The notes under the pieces: model-generated
The model's database searches: none
What the model was told of the DNA's origin: nothing
Seen by the model: the letters and a program-made list of their open reading frames with translations, nothing else
Assembly: GCA_044868145.1 (NCBI GenBank)
Contig: JBIOWE010000004.1
Coordinates: 333,860-397,859 of the forward strand
From: Patescibacteria group bacterium
GTDB lineage: Bacteria > Patescibacteriota > Patescibacteriia > UBA10025 > JBIOWE01
Direction of reading: 5' to 3'
DNA length: 64,000 bases
Part shown: positions 15,197 through 24,300 of the stretch, one piece after another
How the letters are laid out: each line of letters begins with the position of its first letter
Position numbering within the stretch: position 1 is the stretch's first letter
Made by a program: the position numbers and the translations under genes

Positions 15197-17641
15197 ATGA
15201 GCGTTTTTGAACATCGGACTATTGAACCAAAATGGCAAGCGCGGTGGGAGCAGGCGCACGCGCACGAGACTGATCTTAAGCATTCCCAGAATAAGTGTTA
15301 CTGCTTGGTGATGTTTTCCTATCCATCAGCGAAGAAGCTGCATATCGGGCATTGGTACAATTACGGACCAACCGACACCTGGGCTCGCTGGAAGCGCCTA
15401 CAGGGATTGAATGTGTTTGAGCCAATGGGATTTGACGCATTTGGATTGCCCGCGGAAAACCAGGCAATCAAGGAACAAAGGCACCCCCGGACCATTACCT
15501 ATGAGAGTATTGATCAGATTCGCGGCCAGCTGAAACAAATTGGCGCAATGTATGATTGGTCGAAAGAAGCCATTACATCGGAGCCAGAGTATTATAAGTG
15601 GACACAGTGGATCTTTTTGCAGTTGTTCAAGCATGCGCTCGCCTACAAAAAAAAAGCGCCAGTGAATTGGTGCCCCACCGATAGAACCGTTCTGGCGAAC
15701 GAACAAGTCATTGACGGATGCTGCGAACGATGCGGTACCCCCGTCGAGCAGAAAGAACTTGAGCAATGGTTTTTTCGCATCACCGAATACGTGGAAGACT
15801 TATTAAAGTTTGACCATCTTGATTGGCCGGAGCGGACCAAGCTCGTACAAAAAAATTGGATTGGCAAGAGTGAAGGCGCCAACATTGTGTTTCAGACGGA
15901 AGACAAGAAACATCAACTTCGCGTTTTTACGACACGGCCAGACACGCTTTTTGGCGCTTCGTTCCTTGTTCTCGCGCCTGAGCATGAACTGGTTGAAGCG
16001 TTAACCCCCCCTGACCGCCGCGAGGCAGTGGCCGCGTACCGGGAGCAAGCGGGAAAGCGCACAACCGCGGAGCGCGAACTCGCTGATCGAGAAAAAACAG
16101 GAGTTCCCCTTGGCAGCTATGTGATCAATCCAGCCACAAAAACAAAAATTCCCATCTGGATCGCGGATTACGTCCTGCTTACCTATGGCTCAGGAATCGT
16201 CATGGCGGTGCCGGGCCACGACACGCGTGATTATGCCTTCGCGAAGAAATACAAGCTGCCGATTGTAAAAGTTATTAATCCACCAGGCGTTATGCCGAAG
16301 CGCCCGCTAGAAGCTGGATTAAGCGCCGGAGGTTTAGGCTATCTTGCTTCTGATCTCGAGGCGGAATGCTGGACAGGAGAAGGCACAATGATCAATTCAG
16401 GCCATTATAACGGCCTTTCCACGGAGCAAGTGCGTAAACGGATTGTTACCGATCTTGAGCGTTCCGGTCAGGCGTCGTTCGGGACGTCGCACCGCTTGCG
16501 TGATTGGCTGGTGTCGCGTCAGCGCTATTGGGGCGCGCCGATTCCCGTTATCTATTGCGATGAGCATGGAGCCGTGCCTGTACCGGAAAAGGACTTGCCC
16601 GTTTTATTGCCAGATGATGTTGATTTTCAACCAACCGGTGAGTCGCCGCTCACGCGGTCCGCATCGTTTGTTACTACCACGTGTCCTCTTTGCAAGAAGC
16701 CGGCGCGACGTGAAGTTGATACGCTCGATACATTCGTCGATTCATCGTGGTACTTTTTTCGTTATCTTTCGCCACACGACCCGTCGCAACCGTTTGACAA
16801 GAAGCTTGTAAGAAAATGGATGCCGGTTGATCTGTATGTCGGCGGCGCGGAGCATGCAACCTTGCACCTCCTGTATGCCCGGTTCATCGCCAAGGTGTTG
16901 ATGCGCGATCGCGCCTATGAACCGTTTCACAGATTGCGGCATCAAGGCACGATAACGAAAAACGGCGCCAAGATGTCGAAATCGAAAGGCAACGTGGTGA
17001 ACCCGGACGCATTCGTCGAGCAGTTTGGTTCAGACACCTTCCGCATGTTCCTGATGTTTATGGGCCCATACGAAGACGGGGGAGATTGGAGTGATCGCGG
17101 CATTCTTGGGATTCGTCGGTTTCTTGACCGCGTCTATACTGTCTACACGTCAGCGCCCCTCGTCGAAGCTTCTGCCCCAATCCTGGCGCGTCAATTGTTG
17201 CACCGGACCATCCACAAGGTAAGCGCTGATTTGGACAAGATGCATTTTCACACGGCCATCGCCAGCCTTATGGAATGTTTAACCGGTTTGACCAAGCTGG
17301 GCGGGCTTACCAAGGACCAGGGCCAAACCTTTCTCACCTTGCTGGCGCCGTTTGCACCGCATCTTGCCGAAGAACTCTGGGAGCGTATTGGTCATGCAAA
17401 CTCCATTTTCACAGAACACTGGCCTTCGTTTGACCCTAGTGCAATTGAAGAAACGACGGTGCCACTGATCCTGCAAGTGAACGGAAAACTGCGCGACACG
17501 CTCACGGTCGAAAAGGGACTGAATGATCAAGAGCTTGTTCGCCTTGCGCAAGGCAGCCAAAAGGTGCAAAAATACATTAGTGGCAAAACAATCCGCAGAA
17601 CCATTGTAGTAAAAGATAAACTGGTCAATTTCGTCCTATGA
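15197..17641 (+). CDS. leuS: leucine--tRNA ligase
   Basis: About 815 aa with the class I HIGH-type motif (AKKLHIGHWYNY), CP1 editing domain, the zinc motif CERCGTP and KMSKS (AKMSKSKGN). Start is at MSVFEHRTIEPKWQARW (15197); the ORF-track upstream extension is unlikely. Confidence 0.9.
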   Translation: MSVFEHRTIEPKWQARWEQAHAHETDLKHSQNKCYCLVMFSYPSAKKLHIGHWYNYGPTDTWARWKRLQGLNVFEPMGFDAFGLPAENQAIKEQRHPRTITYESIDQIRGQLKQIGAMYDWSKEAITSEPEYYKWTQWIFLQLFKHALAYKKKAPVNWCPTDRTVLANEQVIDGCCERCGTPVEQKELEQWFFRITEYVEDLLKFDHLDWPERTKLVQKNWIGKSEGANIVFQTEDKKHQLRVFTTRPDTLFGASFLVLAPEHELVEALTPPDRREAVAAYREQAGKRTTAERELADREKTGVPLGSYVINPATKTKIPIWIADYVLLTYGSGIVMAVPGHDTRDYAFAKKYKLPIVKVINPPGVMPKRPLEAGLSAGGLGYLASDLEAECWTGEGTMINSGHYNGLSTEQVRKRIVTDLERSGQASFGTSHRLRDWLVSRQRYWGAPIPVIYCDEHGAVPVPEKDLPVLLPDDVDFQPTGESPLTRSASFVTTTCPLCKKPARREVDTLDTFVDSSWYFFRYLSPHDPSQPFDKKLVRKWMPVDLYVGGAEHATLHLLYARFIAKVLMRDRAYEPFHRLRHQGTITKNGAKMSKSKGNVVNPDAFVEQFGSDTFRMFLMFMGPYEDGGDWSDRGILGIRRFLDRVYTVYTSAPLVEASAPILARQLLHRTIHKVSADLDKMHFHTAIASLMECLTGLTKLGGLTKDQGQTFLTLLAPFAPHLAEELWERIGHANSIFTEHWPSFDPSAIEETTVPLILQVNGKLRDTLTVEKGLNDQELVRLAQGSQKVQKYISGKTIRRTIVVKDKLVNFVL

Positions 17642-18252
17642 ACATGGTCAGCATTGATCCCAAGAACCCGCAGGCAAGCGTCATTGCCCAGGCAGTGCGC
17701 ATCCTCCGGCAAGGAGGCGTGGTCGCATACCCAACGGACACGGCGTACGGTCTCGCATGCGACGCACTCAATGAAGAGGCGATTGGTAAGATATTCATTA
17801 TGAAAAAGCGGTACCAGAAACCGCTTCCGGTTGCGGTAGCGAATATGAAAATGGCTGAAACGGTCGCAATAATGAGCGAGCAAGAAAAAAAGATTGCGAA
17901 GAAGTATTGGCCAGGCCCTTTGAGCATTATTGTGCAAAAAAAAGATTCAGTACCGCCCGCGTTAACGCTTGGCTTGCAAACCATTGGCGTGCGCATCCCC
18001 AACCACCCTGTTGCGCTGGCGCTGGTTAGTGCTTTTGGCAAGCCGATTACCTCCACGAGTGCCAATATTACCGGTCAGGGGAATTGCTATAACGCGGAAT
18101 GCGTGCATAGAAATTTCCGTTCTGAAATTGCAAAACCTGATCTCATCCTCGACGGCGGAGAATTACCCGAAGTGCCGGTCTCGACCGTCATCCAAGTGCA
18201 AGCCGGAAAGGTCCACATCGTTCGTGAAGGACCGGTGAAGGTTGGTTTCTAG
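17638..18252 (+). CDS. tsaC: L-threonylcarbamoyladenylate synthase (Sua5/YrdC/TsaC family, short form)
   Basis: 204 aa containing VVAYPTDTAYGLACDA and KKRYQKPLPV. Its ATG overlaps the leuS stop. Confidence 0.8.
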   Translation: MNMVSIDPKNPQASVIAQAVRILRQGGVVAYPTDTAYGLACDALNEEAIGKIFIMKKRYQKPLPVAVANMKMAETVAIMSEQEKKIAKKYWPGPLSIIVQKKDSVPPALTLGLQTIGVRIPNHPVALALVSAFGKPITSTSANITGQGNCYNAECVHRNFRSEIAKPDLILDGGELPEVPVSTVIQVQAGKVHIVREGPVKVGF

Positions 18253-18255
18253 CAC

Positions 18256-19446
18256 ATGCCGCGACATTTCCACGCCCATCTCCCGCATTATTTTTCCAAG
18301 CACCCCTCGCGTTCGCTCGTAGAACTCTTTTGGTCAGTGGGCATTCTCGATTTTGCGACCGCAGCAGTTTCGCTCTTCGAGCCGATTTTTTTATACGTGA
18401 TCGGCTACTCGCTTGCCCAGATAATGTTGTTCTATCTGATCACGTACGGGGCGTACATCTTACTTCTGCCGTTCGGCGCGAAGATCGCGGGAAAGGCAGG
18501 ATACGAGCATGCGATTTTTTATAGTCAATTTTTCTTTATCGCCTACTACCTCTGTCTGTTCGCCATTCCAAACGTCCCGGCATTCTTTTTTGCCGCGCCG
18601 ATTATTTTCGCAATCCAAAAGGCGCTCTATTGGCCAGCGTTCCATGCGGACGTCACCGTATTTTCCCAAGCCGGACAGCGCGGCCGTGAATTAGGGAGCA
18701 TTATAACGATAAGTCGTGTGGCCTACATCCTCGGTCCCGTGGCAGCTGGATTTTTACTGGAGCGTGCTAATTTTAGCGTACTGTTTATCGTGGCGTCTTG
18801 TTTGTTTCTGGTTTCCACCATCCCCCTGTTTCGCATGCATGAGGTGCGCGAGACGACGTCTTTTTCGTATCCCAAAGTATTTCGCACCATGCGGGAAAAA
18901 ACTCATCGACGTAATTTTTTCGCGTTCCTCGGTTTTGGCGAGGAACTCATCGTGTTAACGCTTTGGCCGATCTTTATCTACACAATCGTTGGTGATTTTC
19001 TTGAGCTTGGTTCTTTGGTCGCGCTCGCAACTGTCACCACGGCTCTTTTTGTGCTGCTTTGGGGTAAAATGGCCGATAGGCAATCAAAGCAGCGTGCGCT
19101 TTCTGTGGGCGTTCTTTTTGCAGCGATTGCGTGGATTTTGAGAATTTTCGCACGCAGCGTGCCTCACGTTTTTGGGATTGACACGCTCTCGCGGTCATCG
19201 AAAGAAGCCTTGGTTATACCGCTTTTTGCCCAAGTATACGAATACGCCAGACGCGAAGGTCCGCTTACCTATATGGTGTTTTTCGAGTCGTCGCTAGGGA
19301 TCGGAAAATTTCTTACTGCGCTTTTGCTATTCATCCTTTTTTCGCTGACGTCGATTTCATGGCCAACGGTGTTCATTATTGGAGCGGCCCTGACGCTACT
19401 GTACCTCTTGTTTAAGCCGGCGGAGTCGAACGAACCCATTTCATAA
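18256..19446 (+). CDS. MFS-type transporter
   Basis: 396 aa with about 12 TM helices and basic loops between TM2/3 and TM8/9. Confidence 0.6.
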   Translation: MPRHFHAHLPHYFSKHPSRSLVELFWSVGILDFATAAVSLFEPIFLYVIGYSLAQIMLFYLITYGAYILLLPFGAKIAGKAGYEHAIFYSQFFFIAYYLCLFAIPNVPAFFFAAPIIFAIQKALYWPAFHADVTVFSQAGQRGRELGSIITISRVAYILGPVAAGFLLERANFSVLFIVASCLFLVSTIPLFRMHEVRETTSFSYPKVFRTMREKTHRRNFFAFLGFGEELIVLTLWPIFIYTIVGDFLELGSLVALATVTTALFVLLWGKMADRQSKQRALSVGVLFAAIAWILRIFARSVPHVFGIDTLSRSSKEALVIPLFAQVYEYARREGPLTYMVFFESSLGIGKFLTALLLFILFSLTSISWPTVFIIGAALTLLYLLFKPAESNEPIS

Positions 19447-19449
19447 CGC

Positions 19450-19476
19450 GTAGGTCGGGGCCAGGCCCCGACCTAC
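19450..19476. repeat. REP-like palindrome, copy 1 (GTAGGTCGGGGCCAGGCCCCGACCTAC)
   Basis: Perfect 12-bp arms around AGG with GTAG...CTAC termini, the form associated with RAYT transposases. It lies intergenic between the MFS gene and rsmA. Confidence 0.65.
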
Positions 19477-19491
19477 CGGGGTATTTTCGGT

Positions 19492-20346
19492 ATGACTATC
19501 GCATTAGAACAAACAATAAAAAATCTCAAGGCAGAGTATCGTTTTAGACCATCGCGATCATCCGGACAAAATTTTTTAATTGATGCCGAAACGCTTCAGG
19601 TCATGGTGCGTTCGGCAGATCTTCATCCTGATGACGTCATTTTGGAAATTGGCGCGGGGTTCGGCACGCTTACGTTTGAACTTGCGAAACGTGCGTCGCG
19701 CATGATTGCCGTTGAACTTGACCGTCGGCTCGCTGCGGCGCTTGCCACGGAAGTACAAAAACGGTCAGCCGCCAATATCGAGGTGATACCCGGTGATATT
19801 TTTTCACGATGGCGCGAATTGCATAAAACGGTCCACGACCTCGGTTACAAAATCGTGGCAAATCTTCCATACAATATCACCTCGCGCGTTCTTGGCGAGT
19901 TCGTCAGCATAAAACCCCGACCGTCCTCTATGACGGTTATGGTTCAGAAAGAAGTTGCCGAGAGAGTTGTTGCTGCGCCGGGCAAAACAAGCGTGTTGTC
20001 TATTGTCTGCCAATTGTACGGAGAACCGAGGATTGCGTCTACCGTGCCCGCTTCGCATTTTTGGCCCCAGCCCTCGGTCGATTCCGCCATACTGCATATC
20101 GCACAGATCGGTCTGCGCCATTCAAAGGTCCTGGGAGCGATTCCGGAAAGGAAATTTTTCCAAATCGTACGGATTGGGTTTGCCGCCCGGCGTAAACAAC
20201 TGCAAAACAATCTTGCAAACGGTTTCCGCGCTTCCCGTGACCGAGCAAAGGAATGGCTGCGCTTGGCGAATCTTTCCGAGACTGTTCGTGCGCAAGATTT
20301 GTCAGTGCAGGACTGGACTAAACTGGCCAAAATCATTGCCAAGTAG
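19492..20346 (+). CDS. rsmA: 16S rRNA (adenine1518/1519-N6)-dimethyltransferase
   Basis: 284 aa with GQNFLID, SAM-binding EIGAGFGTLT and NLPYNITS. Confidence 0.9.
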   Translation: MTIALEQTIKNLKAEYRFRPSRSSGQNFLIDAETLQVMVRSADLHPDDVILEIGAGFGTLTFELAKRASRMIAVELDRRLAAALATEVQKRSAANIEVIPGDIFSRWRELHKTVHDLGYKIVANLPYNITSRVLGEFVSIKPRPSSMTVMVQKEVAERVVAAPGKTSVLSIVCQLYGEPRIASTVPASHFWPQPSVDSAILHIAQIGLRHSKVLGAIPERKFFQIVRIGFAARRKQLQNNLANGFRASRDRAKEWLRLANLSETVRAQDLSVQDWTKLAKIIAK

Positions 20347-20369
20347 GTCGGTGCCAGGCTCCAACCTGC
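20343..20369. repeat. REP-like palindrome, copy 2 (degenerate: GTAGGTCGGTGCCAGGCTCCAACCTGC)
   Basis: The 5' arm matches copy 1; the 3' arm carries substitutions. Its GTAG overlaps the rsmA TAG stop. Confidence 0.5.
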
Positions 20370-20395
20370 CGTGTTGTAATGAGAATTAATTTTGT

Positions 20396-20424
20396 TTGAC
20401 ACAACGACCCTTCTGTGATATAAT
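20396..20424 (+). promoter_or_regulatory. consensus sigma70 promoter (TTGACA-17-TATAAT) at the head of the giant-protein/T4SS-like operon
   Basis: ttgaca at 20396-20401, a 17-nt spacer, and tataat at 20419-20424. The first ATG of the downstream gene is at 20459. Confidence 0.6.
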
Positions 20425-20458
20425 TTTTGTACTAAACGAGAAAAAAATCAAGACAAAA

Positions 20459-21235
20459 ATGACCCCTGTGCCCGAACAAAAAAATGAACAAACGGAAGGG
20501 GTAAAAAATTTTAGTACGGGGCAAAATCTTTCGAAGAAACAACAGAAATTCGCACTTCTTCTCGTTGCGTTCATCGGTTTTTTGGCGATTGGTATCGCGG
20601 TGTATCAATTTTTTCATACCTTACGCGCGCCGTTTGCCATCAAAAACGTTGCTCTTAATATCAACGGTCTTACCACGCAACAAGCATTGATCGAGGGATT
20701 GCGCACGAAAGACACGGACGAGGACGGCATTTCCGATTACGACGAACTGTATACATACCGAACAAGCCCCTATCTTGCGGATTCGGATAGCGACAAGATT
20801 TCGGATAAAGACGAACTTGCCGCAGGAAAAAATCCAAATTGTCCGGAAGGGAAAGACTGTCTTCAGCCGAGCATTACCAATACTAATTCTCTCGTTGTCA
20901 TCCCGGGCACGCCCCAGGCAAGCGATATTCCGATAGCGACATTGCGCCAAACATTGAAAGACGCGGGCGCGCCGGAAGACGTTTTGAATGGTATGTCGGA
21001 CGACGAACTGCGCCAACTCTATCAAGAGGTAGTCCAGGAGCAAGGCGGCGCACAAAATCTGAACGCCGGCGCATCTGACGCAACAATATCTCTCAGTACG
21101 CTTCAGAATCTTACTCCCTCAGAAATTCGGCAGTTCTTAATCCAGAGCGGCATTTCTGAAAGCACACTCAATGACGTGAATGACGAACAGTTACAAGCCA
21201 TTTTTCAAGAGGCATTGGCACAATATACGCAATAG
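20459..21235 (+). CDS. membrane-anchored protein with Asp-rich Ca-binding-like repeats (DTDEDGISDYDE / DSDSDKISDKDE)
   Basis: About 258 aa with TM helix FALLLVAFIGFLAIGIAVY and thrombospondin-type-3-like D-x-D-x-D-G motifs. It is the first gene of the operon that leads into the giant protein. Confidence 0.5.
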   Translation: MTPVPEQKNEQTEGVKNFSTGQNLSKKQQKFALLLVAFIGFLAIGIAVYQFFHTLRAPFAIKNVALNINGLTTQQALIEGLRTKDTDEDGISDYDELYTYRTSPYLADSDSDKISDKDELAAGKNPNCPEGKDCLQPSITNTNSLVVIPGTPQASDIPIATLRQTLKDAGAPEDVLNGMSDDELRQLYQEVVQEQGGAQNLNAGASDATISLSTLQNLTPSEIRQFLIQSGISESTLNDVNDEQLQAIFQEALAQYTQ

Positions 21236-21246
21236 CCAAAAACCAG

Positions 21247-21372
21247 TGTCATTCTGACCCCGCCGAATGGCGGGGGAAGAATCCCCAAGCAAAAACGTAT
21301 TGGCAGGGAGATCCTTCGACTCCGTCCCTCCCCCTCGGCAAGCTCGAGGTCGGGACTTCGCTCAGGATGACA
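21247..21372. repeat. MITE-like repeat, family B copy 2
   Basis: tgtcattctgacc ... ctcaggatgaca termini. It shares internal blocks with the copy at 1274-1396 and contains the hairpin ccccgccgaatggcggggg, which is also found in the 46.3-46.6 kb cluster. Confidence 0.55.
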
Positions 21373-21390
21373 GCAACATAGCAAGCCCAC

Positions 21391-24300
21391 ATGTTTAGCA
21401 AAGAGAAAAAAACTAAACGTACCATACGATTCATCGCTGGTTTCATCCTGGTGAGTATACTGTTTATCATCGGTGGGACCGTGTTTTTGTATACGAGAAG
21501 CGCTCAGGCGCAGTTTGGTATTCCCGGCGTTCCACAGCCCACGATAGTTGTTGAGGACGTTCCGGCAAAAGTATTAAACGCGATCAATAAAGCGATAAAA
21601 ACTGCGGCCGATGTTGCGTTCAAAAACGTGCTTCGGCAGTTTTTGAATAAAATTGCGTACGACGCGGCGGTGTACGTCGCCTCCGGCGGCAAAGGCCAAA
21701 AGCCATTGTTTTTGACGAACCCCGGCCAACTCCTTGAAAAAACCGCGGACAATGCGTATGGCGAGTACCTCGATAATCTTTCAAAACAGGTTTGGGGAAA
21801 ATCATTGTGTGATCAGCCCCCGTTTATTAAAGCGCGTTTGGATGTTTGGGCGCGCCAGGTGAAAGACCCGAAGATCACGCAGGCAACCTGCCCTGTGTCC
21901 GCGGCTGTCGCGAACATTCAACGCAGCACGCATGAGCAACTTGTTGACTTTTCAAAAAAATTCAATCCGCAAGCTTCTGAATTTGGGGCGTATCTCTCTA
22001 TTATTTCCGGCGCGGAACAATTCAGCTCGAAGCAAGTTGAATCAACGAAATTCGTTAAGCAACTCGAAGGGGAGTTTGAGTCCGTGAAGAGTACGATCAC
22101 CGGAGCGGTGAAGACGCCCGCGCGCACCGTTGGCGACGCGCTTTCCAGCATCGTGCCGGAATCCATTAAACCGTATGCGACCTATACCGGTACGGCGATA
22201 GCCGACGCTATCGGCGTGTTCACGAATACGCTTACGAGTAAATTGATTGAGCGGATATTTAAAAAAGGTTTTAACCCGGAAGCAGACACGAGCTTTAGAG
22301 AATTTGTCGGCACATCTTCCTCCGGCGTCGCGGCGGCACGAACATTGTTTGCCTCACTCAATCAGCCGGATTTTAATGTTGGGGGATCGCAAGACATTCT
22401 CAATATACTCGCTTCTTGCCCGCCGACCCCAGCCTATAATAATTGCATTATCGATGAAAAATTCCGCATTGCCATTGAGCAGGAGTTAACCGTTGGAGAG
22501 GCATTGCAGCAAGGACTGCTTGATAGTTCAAAAATTTTCGGTTTCGACGCGCAAGGGCGCGAACCGACCTTTCGAAATGGCTATCCATACCGAAGCTTGC
22601 TCGTTTTGCGGCACTATAGAATTATTCCTGCCGGATGGGAGCTTGCTGCGGGGTACATTCAGAAATTTGAACCCGGCAACTACACGCTTGGCGGTCTGGT
22701 CGCGCAGTATGAACAGAAAGAGAAGTCGCCGGGCCAGCCAAATCCGTTTTATCATCTGATTGACCCGAACTGGGTGTTGAAAGCTCCGGAATTATTTTGT
22801 CGCAGGCAGGGCGCGGGCGAACAGGTGACCAACGAACAATTTAGCCCAACCTTTAATCTGGACGACCCAAACAATCAAATTTCCACCCGACAAGTGCAGC
22901 GAGCGGATTACTGCGCGGACGAGCAAACGTGTCTTTTTGAAAACGAGGACGGTTCGTGCAAACGGTTCGGCTATTGCGTCGAAGAAAAGCCAATCTGGCG
23001 GTTCCAAGGGACGCAATGCGCCTCCCAGTTCTCAACGTGTCAGGCATTTCAGAAACAAGACGGCACATCAGTCGCATACGTGCAAAACACCATTGATTAC
23101 AACAGTTGCAACGCGAACAACGCCGGCTGCCAAATTTATTGTACGGAATTCAACACCTCGACGAATCAATGGCAATGCGACACGGGCGACAATCTTAGTA
23201 CGGGAGAAAGTAATATCATCAGCTTCAACGGTCAGGTGCAATCGTGTAATGCAACCGCTGCGGGGTGCAGTGAATTCATTCGCACAAAAGACGGGCTCGG
23301 CACGAACATTCTTGCGAACGGAAGTTTTGAAAAATTCTCCGGCACGATTAATGACCAAACAAAGGATACCGTAGACCAATGGGGACTTGCTGACGTTTCG
23401 TCTGAAGCGTTTTCTGGACTTGCGGCCGCACAGATTGTTCCGAATGATTCCATTGTGAGCGTACCGCTTGCTACGGGCTTTGCGGTTGGAGGTCGGACAT
23501 TTACGTTGTCGTTTCATGGGAAGCGTATTAGTGGCGATTGCTCGAGCGGCAACACCTATTCACTCGAGACTCAAGGCGCGCCAAGCCCGGAACTTTCGAC
23601 CTCGTTCACCTATTTCGATTCATGGACCAGGTATGCGGGCACTATCACGTTCCCCGTTGGCACGCCCGCGACGAACTTGGTTGTCCGCGTTGGCAATAAT
23701 GCGACGTGTACGAGCGTGGTTGACGCCGTACAGCTCGAAGAAGGCAGCCAGCCCAGCGACTACAAGGACTACGGGTCAGTGAACAAATTATATTTGAATG
23801 GCCAGCGTATTTCCTGTTCTGATGAAGAAGTGGGCTGTGAGCAGTACACGTCCGTTACGACAGGCGAATCAATCCCAGGCAAAGTAACGAACCCCCAGAT
23901 TTGCGATCCGAATGACCCAAGCTCTTGTGACCAGTGCCCTGTTCAGTACTTGGGGTGCAAGGCCTATCGAGAAATGCCAATCACGAATACACCGCAACGG
24001 CCAGGGCAAGATATTATTTCCTTTATTGCTTCCACGGGCCAAGCGTGCCCCGCGTCAGCCGTGGGCTGCGAAGAGTACACGAATCTCGACGAAGTGGCGG
24101 GTGGCGGCGAAGGTCTGGAATATTACAGCTTGATTCGACAGTGCGTGAAAGACGATGCACCGAACATCGGCACCTACTACACGTGGGTCGGTTCGGATGA
24201 ATTCGGATATCAATTGAAAAAATTCGAGCTGAAAAAAAGTAACTTAGGCGGTGCGCCCTGCACGAACCTCGGCATTGACAACCCGAGTTTGCCCGGCCAA

